Source of the DNA: Candidatus Moraniibacteriota bacterium
Lineage (GTDB): Bacteria; Patescibacteriota; Minisyncoccia; Moranbacterales; UBA2206
Direction: 5' to 3'
Length of the DNA: 64,000 nucleotides
NCBI GenBank assembly: GCA_037137555.1
Contig: JBAXKA010000001.1
Location: forward strand, 1,874-65,873
Part shown: piece after piece, positions 20,300 through 28,916 of the stretch
Position numbering within the stretch: the stretch's first letter is position 1
Layout: each line of letters starts with the position of its first letter
Notes under the pieces: model-generated
Told to the model about the DNA's origin: nothing
Database searches by the model: none
What the model saw: only the letters and a program-made list of their open reading frames with translations
Position numbers and translations under genes: made by a program

Positions 20300-20640
20300 A
20301 CCCGTTGGTTGAGCTTGTCGAAACCAATACTTACTAATTCGCAGGTGTTGCCTTCGATAAGCATAGACATTGTGTGTTGCCTTCGACGGGTGTGTTGCCT
20401 TCGACGGGCTCAGGCAACGGGAACGCATCCGTTGGTTGAGCTTGTCGAAACCAACTGTCGAAACCAATCACCTACTCGTTGGTTGAGCTTGTCGAAACCA
20501 ACACTCACACCAATTCGCTGAGTGTTGCCTTCGATAAACTCAGGCAACGGAGAAGGGTGTTGCCTTCGACGGGCTCAGGCAACGGGAACGCATTGTTGGT
20601 TGAGCTTGTCGAAACCAACTATCGAAACCAACACCCACCT
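20300..20640. repeat. array of about 10 hairpin repeat units of two related types in alternating orientation
   Basis: Type A is CGTTGGTTGAGCTTGTCGAAACCAAC (4 near-perfect copies). Type B is GTGTTGCCTTCGACGGGCTCAGGCAACGG (2 full copies plus 3 partial or variant copies). Both share the architecture stem-TCGAC-nn-GCTC-stem, read on opposite strands. Confidence 0.8.
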
Positions 20641-21601
20641 AAATTTTCTTGTTTTTAATTAAAATTCTAAAATATGGACACTTTCCATTTATGCTTAAAT
20701 CTTTTTCATCATCACCTTTGCGAAATTTTATAATCTCAAACTGCTCCGGATTATATTTATCTAAAAAAGTAATCGGCACGCCCATCGTTCCGGCATAATC
20801 CATTGGGATATCTTTTGTCTTATTAATATTTATTGCATCATAATTATCATATTTTGGATAATCTTCTGGATTATATTGTTTGTATAAAATTAAATCTTCG
20901 TGTCGTTTATTTATTTCTAAGTTAGTGAACCAGACAACACCAGAAACTCTAATCATTCCATCCTTATGATCTCCAGCAGTTGCATAATCTTCATAATGCG
21001 TATTAATAAAATGTGCCGCCCCACCATTAAACCCATAGCCTAGCCATAATTTATCATCCTTGATCAATTTAAATATTTCTTTATATGTTATAGCATTTTG
21101 ATGTCCAATAATAATAAACTTCTTATCATACTCAACCAATTGTGCCACATATTCCCGAAACAAAGAAAAAGGCGGATTAGTCACCACGATATCAGCTTGC
21201 TTTAAAAGTTCAATACATTCAGGACTTCTGAAATCACCATTCTTTTTTAAATGCTTGATACCAATTTCTGAAATATCTGGCACTCGATTTTCATTTTTAT
21301 CGCCAATGTATTCCAAATAAATCGCTTTTTCAGAATTATTTTGACTGAACAAATCGACACTTTGATTTTTATAACAAGTTGTGATTAATTTTTTGAGTCC
21401 TAGAAATTCAAAATTATAGGAAAAATAATGAAAAAAATTGCTCACTCTTGGATCATCGCAATTGCAAAAAACTGTTTTGCCCTTGAAATGATTTTTATAA
21501 TGAGCTAACTCTCTAGTGATATCCGCAAGTTGTGTATAAAACTCATCATTTTTGGCTTTGTTGGCTTTATGTAAATTTTGATTGGAAGATTTTCCTGCCA
21601 T
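20639..21601 (-). CDS. N6-adenine DNA methyltransferase, EcoRI-methylase-like family
   Basis: NPPF motif IV (IVVTNPPFSLFREY). N-terminus DEFYTQLADITRELAHYKNHFKGKTVFCNCDDP and C-terminal PMDYAGTMGVPITFLDKYNPEQFEI recall the M.EcoRI family, recalled from memory rather than searched. Confidence 0.6.
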   Translation of the reverse strand: MAGKSSNQNLHKANKAKNDEFYTQLADITRELAHYKNHFKGKTVFCNCDDPRVSNFFHYFSYNFEFLGLKKLITTCYKNQSVDLFSQNNSEKAIYLEYIGDKNENRVPDISEIGIKHLKKNGDFRSPECIELLKQADIVVTNPPFSLFREYVAQLVEYDKKFIIIGHQNAITYKEIFKLIKDDKLWLGYGFNGGAAHFINTHYEDYATAGDHKDGMIRVSGVVWFTNLEINKRHEDLILYKQYNPEDYPKYDNYDAININKTKDIPMDYAGTMGVPITFLDKYNPEQFEIIKFRKGDDEKDLSINGKCPYFRILIKNKKI

Positions 21602-21689
21602 AAAATTGAATAAATTGCTTAATTATTTTCAGCATATCTTTTTTTTATTTTGTGCCGTATTTCTATTATACCAAAACAAATCAAATCTC

Positions 21690-21740
21690 GAGGAAAAATT
21701 GTGATGATGTCGAAACGCATATTTTTTGGTGATTATTTTC
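21690..21740. repeat. 51-bp direct repeat, copy 2 (a dead trmD 5' fragment: ATG then 10 matching codons, then divergence)
   Basis: Identical to 18875-18925. Overlaps the stop codon of the downstream ATPase gene. Confidence 0.9.
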
Positions 21741-23034
21741 TTAAAAACTCCTCAAAAAAGTTTTTTATTTCAATCTTTCCTCCTTCTACCTTTATCTCTT
21801 CCGAATAACCCATCGTAATAAGCTGAGCTTTTTTAAGTTTAAATTTTTTCATCGCTTCTTTCAATCCAGCGATTTCTCTCTCTCTGTTTCCCTCATTCAA
21901 CTCCCAACAAGCATTTATTGCTTTTTCAATTTTAACGCCTTTTCGCAAAAGAAAATCTATTTCATTTTTTCCTTTCCAATAAAAAATATCTTCGCCTTTT
22001 CGACGATATTCTAGAAAAACCATATTTTCAAAAATACGCCCCAAATTTTCACTGAATCGAAAAGAAACTGCTCGATAAATTCCCAAATCAATAACATACA
22101 CTTTCTCCGGATTAGCTTTTTGCTTCAAATAAGAATAGTCAAATAAATTTATTCCTTGAGTTAAAAAAACATCCTGAGCGTAAGTAAAAAATTTATTCGC
22201 CGTAGGTTGAGAAATAGCCAGAGTTTTTTCCGCCCGATAACCGGAAAAGCTAGTAGCAATACTAGTTACTAGGTTTATATAATACTCCTTAATCTTTTTA
22301 GTATCTCGCACATCATATCTCTGCACAATATCTTTTTCGATAATAGAAGAATAATAATCTTTTAAGAGTTGTAATTTATCTTGAACTTTCGAACTCAGAA
22401 CCACGCGTGGAAAACCACCATACCGCAAATATTCCATAAACTGATTTTTCAATGCCGGCAGTTCCCTTCCGCCAGAAAAATTAATTAGCTTTTGTTTATT
22501 TTTAAAAAGCAGAAACTCCCAAAAACTCAAAGGAAATATTTCATTAGTATAAATTCTTCCCGTAAGTGCTGTACCATATTCCTTGGAAAGTAACTTGGAG
22601 GACGAACCAGTTATATAGAATTTTATTCGTTCTTCCCGATCATGGAGACCACGAACAAATTTTTCCCATCCGTCTATATACTGAACTTCATCAAGCACAA
22701 TTAAAATTTTTCCTTCGGGACTGAATTTTTCCAAATAAGCATCCAGCAATTGAGCGAGAAACTCCAATTTCAGTTGTGGTGCGAAGGCTGGCTCTTCAAA
22801 ATTGATATAGAGAGTATTCTCCTTGGGAAGTCCCTGCTCAACAGCTTTTTTTAAAACCTGAAGTAAAATAGTAGATTTTCCTGATCGCCTAATTCCAGAA
22901 ACTATTGAAACTTCTTTGATATTCTTTTGTCGCAACAATTCTTTCACATAGCCAACCCGCTCTATGCCTGTTTCACGCACACCACCCCACAAATTCCAAT
23001 AAGCCAGAATTTCAATGATTTGCACTTTATTCAT
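21733..23034 (-). CDS. AAA ATPase (AAA_14/DUF4143-like, 'ATP-binding protein' family), copy 1 of 3
   Basis: Walker A GIRRSGKST, Walker B ILIVLDEVQY. Paralogous to 36581-37891 and, more distantly, 35226-36365. Confidence 0.75.
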   Translation of the reverse strand: MNKVQIIEILAYWNLWGGVRETGIERVGYVKELLRQKNIKEVSIVSGIRRSGKSTILLQVLKKAVEQGLPKENTLYINFEEPAFAPQLKLEFLAQLLDAYLEKFSPEGKILIVLDEVQYIDGWEKFVRGLHDREERIKFYITGSSSKLLSKEYGTALTGRIYTNEIFPLSFWEFLLFKNKQKLINFSGGRELPALKNQFMEYLRYGGFPRVVLSSKVQDKLQLLKDYYSSIIEKDIVQRYDVRDTKKIKEYYINLVTSIATSFSGYRAEKTLAISQPTANKFFTYAQDVFLTQGINLFDYSYLKQKANPEKVYVIDLGIYRAVSFRFSENLGRIFENMVFLEYRRKGEDIFYWKGKNEIDFLLRKGVKIEKAINACWELNEGNREREIAGLKEAMKKFKLKKAQLITMGYSEEIKVEGGKIEIKNFFEEFLRK

Positions 23035-23167
23035 ACATAAGTATAGTTTAGCAATTTATATCAAAATACTAAAGTATATTTTAGTATTTGTCAAGCGATT
23101 TAATTCGCCCTTTATTTTCAAAAACAACATTTATTCATGCTACATATTCATTATACCAAAACAAATC

Positions 23168-23198
23168 AAAAAAGGCTAACTTTCGTCAGCCTTTTTTA
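23168..23198 (-). terminator. rho-independent terminator after the KH-domain gene
   Basis: Hairpin GGCTGACGAAAGTTAGCC on the minus strand, flanked by A and T runs. Confidence 0.5.
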
Positions 23199-23219
23199 TT
23201 TCACAAAATTTCAATCAAA

Positions 23220-23570
23220 TTAGACAATATCACCAACAACATCATCAATACTTTTTCGCACTTCTTCTCTTGGCTCTCGTGGTTCGCGATCTTCTCTTGG
23301 TTTTCTTTCAGATCCTTCTGGTTCGTTAATTTTAAGATTGACTCTGGCATTATTTCTAGCACCAATCACACGAAGCAAAGTTCGCAAAGCTTTCGCAGTT
23401 GCTCCTTCACGACCAATTATCATTCCCATATCCTCAGGATTGACATCGAGTGTAATAAGCACACCCATCTCATCGATTTTTCTTTCAACCTTAACATCAT
23501 CCGGATTATTTACAACTTGTTTTACAACATACTCAACAAACTCTTTGTCAGTCACTTGAATTGTAGTCAT
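23220..23570 (-). CDS. KH-domain RNA-binding protein (KhpA/YlqC-like), with a charged Pro/Arg/Glu-rich tail
   Basis: VVKQVVNNPDDVKVERKIDEMGVLITLDVNPEDMGMIIGREGATAKALRTLL (GxxG KH core). The opposite-strand 196-aa ORF is low-complexity and was rejected. Confidence 0.65.
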   Translation of the reverse strand: MTTIQVTDKEFVEYVVKQVVNNPDDVKVERKIDEMGVLITLDVNPEDMGMIIGREGATAKALRTLLRVIGARNNARVNLKINEPEGSERKPREDREPREPREEVRKSIDDVVGDIV

Positions 23571-23719
23571 TTTCGTATTTCTAGATTAAAGTTTATATTT
23601 TTTCGTAAGAACGCTTCGGAAGATCGACCACCCACCATCGCTCTATTTTCTTACTTTCTATATTATACTATTTGCTAATTATTCTGTCAAAAAAACAAAT
23701 ACTCTCAAGTTTAAATCTG

Positions 23720-24517
23720 CTAATTAAGTCGTTTTTTGGCAATCCTTTTAAGTTCAAAATTAAATTCCGCAATTGCTTGATCAATCATCGGATCAAAATG
23801 CTCATAAATTTTTTTATTTTTAACAACCACGCTTGCTTCTAAAAGTGAATCGTATGTTCCAGCATCCAACCAAGCACCTTTAATTTTTTCAACTTTAAGT
23901 TCTCCCATTTTCATATAACACCGATTAATATCTGTCACTTCAATTTCTCCTCGTTTGGATGGCTTGAGTTTTTTGGCAATTTTAATAACTTGATTATCAA
24001 AAACATAAAAACCTGTTACAGCAAAATTACTTTTGGGTTTTTTTGGCTTCTCTTCAATTGAAATTACTTTGTCATTTTTATCAAATTCCACCACACCAAA
24101 ACGCTCAGGATCACTTACTTTTTTAGCAAAAACCAAACCGCCTTTTTTGAAATTTTTAATTTTCGCACTTAAATCATCTTCAAAAATATTATCACCCAGT
24201 GCCATCGCTACACTATCTTTGCCAATAAAAGTTTCTCCCAAAATAAAAGCATCCGCCAAACCTTTGGGAATTTTTTGCACACGAAATTCTAAGTGAATTC
24301 CCACTCCTTCAAAAATTGAACCAAGCAAATTAATAAATTGTCCTGAATGTTCCGGCGCAACAATAATTAAAATTTCTTTAATCCCCGCTTTAATTAAAAC
24401 ATTTATTGGATAAAAAATCATTTGTCGATCATAGACTGGCAAAAGTTGTTTGCTTGTTGTTGCGGTCAATGGAAATAATCGCGTTGCTGTTCCACCGGCT
24501 AAAATTATCCCTTTCAT
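23720..24517 (-). CDS. sugar-1-phosphate nucleotidyltransferase (RmlA/GalU-like)
   Basis: MKGIILAGGTATRLFPLT N-terminal signature. Confidence 0.75.
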   Translation of the reverse strand: MKGIILAGGTATRLFPLTATTSKQLLPVYDRQMIFYPINVLIKAGIKEILIIVAPEHSGQFINLLGSIFEGVGIHLEFRVQKIPKGLADAFILGETFIGKDSVAMALGDNIFEDDLSAKIKNFKKGGLVFAKKVSDPERFGVVEFDKNDKVISIEEKPKKPKSNFAVTGFYVFDNQVIKIAKKLKPSKRGEIEVTDINRCYMKMGELKVEKIKGAWLDAGTYDSLLEASVVVKNKKIYEHFDPMIDQAIAEFNFELKRIAKKRLN

Positions 24518-24535
24518 AAAATTTTTAAATTAAAA

Positions 24536-25375
24536 TTAAATCTTAAAAAAATTCTCTGCTGTTTTGTTTGTCATTTTTGCAATAATTTCTTCGCTTGAAT
24601 TTTTTAGCTCAGCAATCTTTTGGGCTATATGCTTTATATAAATCGGCTCATTTCTTTTTCCACGCCTTGGTACTGGTGCCAGATAAGGGCAATCAGTTTC
24701 GAGCATAATTTTCTCAAGTGGAATTTTCCTAATCACATCAAAAATTTCCGCATTTGATTTATTATAAGTGATATTGCCGGAAAAAGAAAATATAAAATTT
24801 TTTCTTGCTAATATTTTTTTTGTAAAATTTAATCGTCCACCAAAACTATGCCAGACAAAATTTAACTCTGGAAATTGAGAAATAATCTCAAAAATATCAC
24901 AATAAGCGTCATCAGACTCGCGATAAATATCCACTATTTCTGGTCGTGATCCACGACAATGCAAAATTACTGGCAACTTTAATGCTCTGGCAAATTCTAA
25001 TTGCAGTATAAAACCTTTTTTTTGTAATTCTTTTTGTTCGTCTGAAATTAAATTTCCATCTGGCATAAAATAATCCAAACCAATCTCGCCAATCGCTCTG
25101 ATTTTTTTACTAGAAGATAACGCTTTAAACTCAGCAATTTTATCAAAACTTTTTTCGCCATATTGCATAAAATAATGCGGATGCAGTCCGATCGAACAAA
25201 AAATATTTTCATATTTTTCAGCTAGTGCCACCGAACGAACACTGCTACCAAAGCTTGCGCCAATATTTATTATTTTTTTTATGCCACCAGAAAAAGCCCG
25301 CGAGATCACTTCATCACGATCTGCGTCAAATTGTTTGTCATCAAGATGGGCATGGGTTTCGATTAGCATAATCAC
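24536..25375 (-). CDS. tatD: TatD-family metal-dependent hydrolase/DNase
   Basis: ETHAHLD start, GLHPH, GEIGLD and ETDCPYL motifs. Confidence 0.8.
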   Translation of the reverse strand: MIMLIETHAHLDDKQFDADRDEVISRAFSGGIKKIINIGASFGSSVRSVALAEKYENIFCSIGLHPHYFMQYGEKSFDKIAEFKALSSSKKIRAIGEIGLDYFMPDGNLISDEQKELQKKGFILQLEFARALKLPVILHCRGSRPEIVDIYRESDDAYCDIFEIISQFPELNFVWHSFGGRLNFTKKILARKNFIFSFSGNITYNKSNAEIFDVIRKIPLEKIMLETDCPYLAPVPRRGKRNEPIYIKHIAQKIAELKNSSEEIIAKMTNKTAENFFKI

Positions 25376-26805
25376 TTAATCCTCCCAAACAAAACCGCAT
25401 CCAGCTTTTTTGTCTCAAGGGCTTTTTTAATTTTCTCGGAAGTTTCTGGCAAAAACGGTTTTAAATATTCTGAAATTACAAATAAATTATTCGCCAACTC
25501 GCTCATGACTTTTTCAAATTCGCTAATATTATTTTTTACAAGTTCCCAGGGTTTTTTCTCTTGCATTTTTTGATTGCTATCTCTAACTATATTTTTTATC
25601 AATTCTAACGCCTGATCTAATTCCATCGTTTCGATTAATTGGCAAAGTGCATTATTTGAAATTATTTTTGATTCGTTGGTCGGTAACTCAAATTTTAAAC
25701 TGCTTTTTTCAAAAAGTTTTATTACTCGCGAAACTAAATTTCCCAAACCATTGGCTAAATCAGCATTATATCTTTCTGTTAATTTTTCCCAAGTAATATC
25801 AAAATCCTCACCAAAATTTGCTCCGACCAAAAGCAAATAACGCGTAGCATCAGTTCCAAATTTCTCCACCATTTCATACGGCAAAATTACATTGCCCAAA
25901 GATTTGCTCATCTTTTTCCCATCAACTATAATAAAACCATTTACAAAAATTTGTTTAGACTTTGGCAACTTGGCCGACATTAACATTGCTTGCCACATCG
26001 CTGATTGTTGACGCAAATTATCTTTGCCACATATCTGCACGACCGGCCAAAATTTTTCAAAATTCTCTAAATTATTTGGCCAACCTAAGGATGAAATATA
26101 ATTCACAAGCGCATCAAACCAAACATATATCACATGATTATCATCACCGGGCACTGGCACGCCCCAAGCCATTTTGCTTTTAAGTCGAGAAATACTAAAA
26201 TCTTCAAGTCCTCGCTCCACAAAACTTCGCACCTCCTTCATTTTTTTTTGTGGCAAAACAAAATCTGGATTATTTTTATATAATTCTAAAAGTTTTTCTT
26301 GATAGGCCGAAAAACGAAAAAAATAATTTTCCTCTTCAATGGTTTCAATCTCCATATTGGGATGATCGGGACATTTTCCTTTTATCAATTCTGAATCCGT
26401 TTTTTCCAATTCACATCCAACGCAATATTTTATTTTATACTTTTTTTTATAAATATCGCCATTTTTCTCGCAAAGTTGCCAAAAAGTTTGCACCGCTTTA
26501 ACATGTTCAATATCCGTAGTTCTCACAAAATTATCATAACTCAAATCAAGCGCTTGTTTTAATTTATTAAATTCCGGCACGATATTATCGCAATATGCTT
26601 GCATATCCAGCTTAAGTTCTTTCGCTTTTTGATAAATCTTTTGTCCATGCTCATCTGTTCCAGTATTAAAAAAAACTACATCGCCTATTTCCCGATGATA
26701 CCTTGCCAAAACATCTGCTTCAACAATCTCCATTGCAAAACCAATGTGCGGTTTAGCATTAACATAAGGCAATGTTGTTGTTATATAAAAGTTATTTTTT
26801 GGCAT
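25372..26805 (-). CDS. metG: methionine--tRNA ligase (compact form)
   Basis: PYVNAKPHIGF (HIGH-like), KMSKSLGN, and a Cys knuckle CVGCELE...CPDH. Confidence 0.85.
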   Translation of the reverse strand: MPKNNFYITTTLPYVNAKPHIGFAMEIVEADVLARYHREIGDVVFFNTGTDEHGQKIYQKAKELKLDMQAYCDNIVPEFNKLKQALDLSYDNFVRTTDIEHVKAVQTFWQLCEKNGDIYKKKYKIKYCVGCELEKTDSELIKGKCPDHPNMEIETIEEENYFFRFSAYQEKLLELYKNNPDFVLPQKKMKEVRSFVERGLEDFSISRLKSKMAWGVPVPGDDNHVIYVWFDALVNYISSLGWPNNLENFEKFWPVVQICGKDNLRQQSAMWQAMLMSAKLPKSKQIFVNGFIIVDGKKMSKSLGNVILPYEMVEKFGTDATRYLLLVGANFGEDFDITWEKLTERYNADLANGLGNLVSRVIKLFEKSSLKFELPTNESKIISNNALCQLIETMELDQALELIKNIVRDSNQKMQEKKPWELVKNNISEFEKVMSELANNLFVISEYLKPFLPETSEKIKKALETKKLDAVLFGRIK

Positions 26806-26822
26806 ATTTTTTATAAAAAAAT

Positions 26823-27515
26823 CTAATAAGCTACCACCACAAATTCCCCTTTAATTTTATCTTTATTTTCCATAAAATAATTCAAAACTTGCGAGACATC
26901 TCCTCGCACAATTTCTTCAAACATTTTTGTCAGCTCGCGTCCGAGAATTATTTTTTTATCTGGTGCGAGACTTTTCAAAAGTTCTAAATTTTTAATAACC
27001 CGATGCGGTGATTCGAAATAACTGACAGGATATTTTTGTGCCACAACTTCCTTGAAAAAAGTTTCTCGCCCTTTTTTATGTGGCGGAAATCCCAGAAAAA
27101 TAAACTTCGTCAAATCAATTCCTGCAATACTAATCATTGCTCCCAATGCTGAAGCTCCAGGAATCGGAACCACTATTATATTATTTTCATAGGCAGTTGC
27201 CACCATTTGTTTTCCCGGATCAGATATGCCGGGAGTTCCCGCATCACTAACTAGCGCCACATTTTTTCCCATTTTTAATTCTTCTATAAAATATTCCAAT
27301 CGTGGTGCCGGCTTCACCGCTCCGCCTGTTTTTTGCATTTGATAAAAAGGCACCGCCTTAGTTGCAATAGCATAATGATTCAACAGTTTTTTAGTTACTC
27401 GCGTATCTTCGCAAATAACAAAATCTACATTTTTCAATGTTTCAATGGCACGAATAGTCATGTCGCCTAAGTTGCCAATCGGTGTGGCGATAATATATAA
27501 TATTCCATTATTCAT
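26823..27515 (-). CDS. rsmI: 16S rRNA (cytidine1402-2'-O)-methyltransferase RsmI
   Basis: LYIIATPIGNLGDMTIRAIETL start, ALVSDAGTPGISDPG motif. Confidence 0.8.
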   Translation of the reverse strand: MNNGILYIIATPIGNLGDMTIRAIETLKNVDFVICEDTRVTKKLLNHYAIATKAVPFYQMQKTGGAVKPAPRLEYFIEELKMGKNVALVSDAGTPGISDPGKQMVATAYENNIIVVPIPGASALGAMISIAGIDLTKFIFLGFPPHKKGRETFFKEVVAQKYPVSYFESPHRVIKNLELLKSLAPDKKIILGRELTKMFEEIVRGDVSQVLNYFMENKDKIKGEFVVVAY

Positions 27516-27752
27516 AATTCAAGCTTAGCCTAAATAGATTTTTTTTTCAAGCCCCTTGACAAAACTAGTATTTAGATATATGTTATCAGGTCAATTCGTT
27601 CTTTTTAAAAAAGAATAAATTTAGTGATTTGCCACAGCAGATAGGTTTTTGATCGATAAAAAGATAAAAACTTTTCTGCTGTGGCGAAACCATATCACAA
27701 ATATCGGCCAAGTCCAACAGTATTTTTTTTTTAGCAAAAAAAGGAGAACAAC

Positions 27753-28292
27753 ATGAAAAATTTAGTAGCAGTATTTTTTTGTTTGTTGGCAATGGTATTT
27801 GTTCCAGCTTTTGCTGGATCAAGTGAAAATCAAATGTGGGTCAGCACCCACAATTACTCCTACACCCAAATGGAAATGCCCTCAGGCATTTCCATGACAG
27901 CGGAAATGACCGCTACGGAATTTGTGATGACTATTCGTGGTGTGGATAGTCTCACGACTTACTTAAGGTTGAATTTGCCAACCGGAACTTCGTCAGTGGC
28001 ATCTCCCGGAGGTCCGCAAACGATCGCTAGGCGCTACGGTTATATCGACGCAGCAGGAAAGTTTAAAAAAAATTCCGCAGGAGATTGGGAAATCTCCGTG
28101 CCGAAAGTAGTGTTATGCCAAGACAAATCTATCAATGCTTTCTTTCCCGCATTGATGATGTATGATGAAAAAAATCCATCTCAGCAAACGGAGGTGGAAT
28201 TGTATCCCAACTCGGAATATTTTAAGTTGGGCAATGGCCTGAAGACTGGCATCGTAAATCATGGCATGGCCATGATGGTCGATTGCCAGTAA
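27753..28292 (+). CDS. secreted hypothetical protein
   Basis: Signal peptide MKNLVAVFFCLLAMVFVPAFA. RBS AAGGAG upstream. Followed by a strong terminator. Confidence 0.45.
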   Translation: MKNLVAVFFCLLAMVFVPAFAGSSENQMWVSTHNYSYTQMEMPSGISMTAEMTATEFVMTIRGVDSLTTYLRLNLPTGTSSVASPGGPQTIARRYGYIDAAGKFKKNSAGDWEISVPKVVLCQDKSINAFFPALMMYDEKNPSQQTEVELYPNSEYFKLGNGLKTGIVNHGMAMMVDCQ

Positions 28293-28308
28293 CTCTTAAC
28301 AACCAACC

Positions 28309-28346
28309 CCGCCTGACATAAATTTTATGTCAGGCGGTTTTTTATT
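28309..28346 (+). terminator. rho-independent terminator
   Basis: CCGCCTGACATAAATTTTATGTCAGGCGG followed by TTTTTTATT. Confidence 0.8.
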
Positions 28347-28439
28347 GCCAAATACTATTGCAATAATGTATAGTATATTTATTCTATCAAGTTTAAAATT
28401 TAAATTTTAATTTTTAAAAAATACTCTCATCAAACTCTT

Positions 28440-28916
28440 ATGATTCTTGCAACCCACGCTCTCACCGGTGCTGTTATTGGAAAAAATATTGATAACCCTT
28501 GGCTTATTATTATTTTAGCGTTAACTATTCATTTTATTATGGACAGTTTTCGCCATGGAGAATATTTTGATGATCGCACAGCTTCAATTAAAACGACTTG
28601 GTGGAAAGTGGCACTTGATTTATTTTTTGCTTTTTCTGTTCTCCTCTCTGCTTTTTATTTCCAGCAATTTAATTTTGAAAAAACATATCACATTCTATTG
28701 GGCTCTTTCTTTTCTATGTTTCCTGATCTCTTAACTGTTTTTTATTGGAAATTTCATTTTAAATTTCTGGAAAAAATTAAAACCTTTCATTCTTTTTGTC
28801 ATAGATATACTCGCTTTCCCAAATATTCCCCCGAACGAATGTGGACAGTTCGTAATGCCATTAATGATATTTTAATTTCCAGCGTTGCTATTATTATGCT
28901 TTTCTTTTTTCTATAA
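28440..28916 (+). CDS. polytopic small membrane protein, function unknown
   Basis: Four hydrophobic segments and no recognisable motif. Confidence 0.4.
   Translation: MILATHALTGAVIGKNIDNPWLIIILALTIHFIMDSFRHGEYFDDRTASIKTTWWKVALDLFFAFSVLLSAFYFQQFNFEKTYHILLGSFFSMFPDLLTVFYWKFHFKFLEKIKTFHSFCHRYTRFPKYSPERMWTVRNAINDILISSVAIIMLFFFL

Noticed and set aside
20012-20467. 151-aa ORF suggesting a long N-terminal extension on the GIY-YIG protein.
   Set aside because: The extension ([12 protein letters not shown]...) is the translation of the hairpin repeats. The GIY-YIG domain starts at the internal Met (MSKGYMYIL). The extension is treated as read-through of non-coding repeats.
20300-20640. Repeat array considered as a possible CRISPR array.
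   Set aside because: The units are themselves palindromic hairpins of two types in opposite orientations, the spacing is irregular with truncated units, there are no unique spacers of constant length, and no cas genes lie nearby.
23088-23678. 196-aa plus-strand ORF.
   Set aside because: It has a low-complexity Ser/Phe/Ile-rich translation and lies fully antisense to the well-formed KH-domain gene, so it is spurious.
26250-26826. Plus-strand ORFs of 83 and 75 aa within metG.
   Set aside because: They are antisense to the MetRS gene and AT-rich low-complexity.
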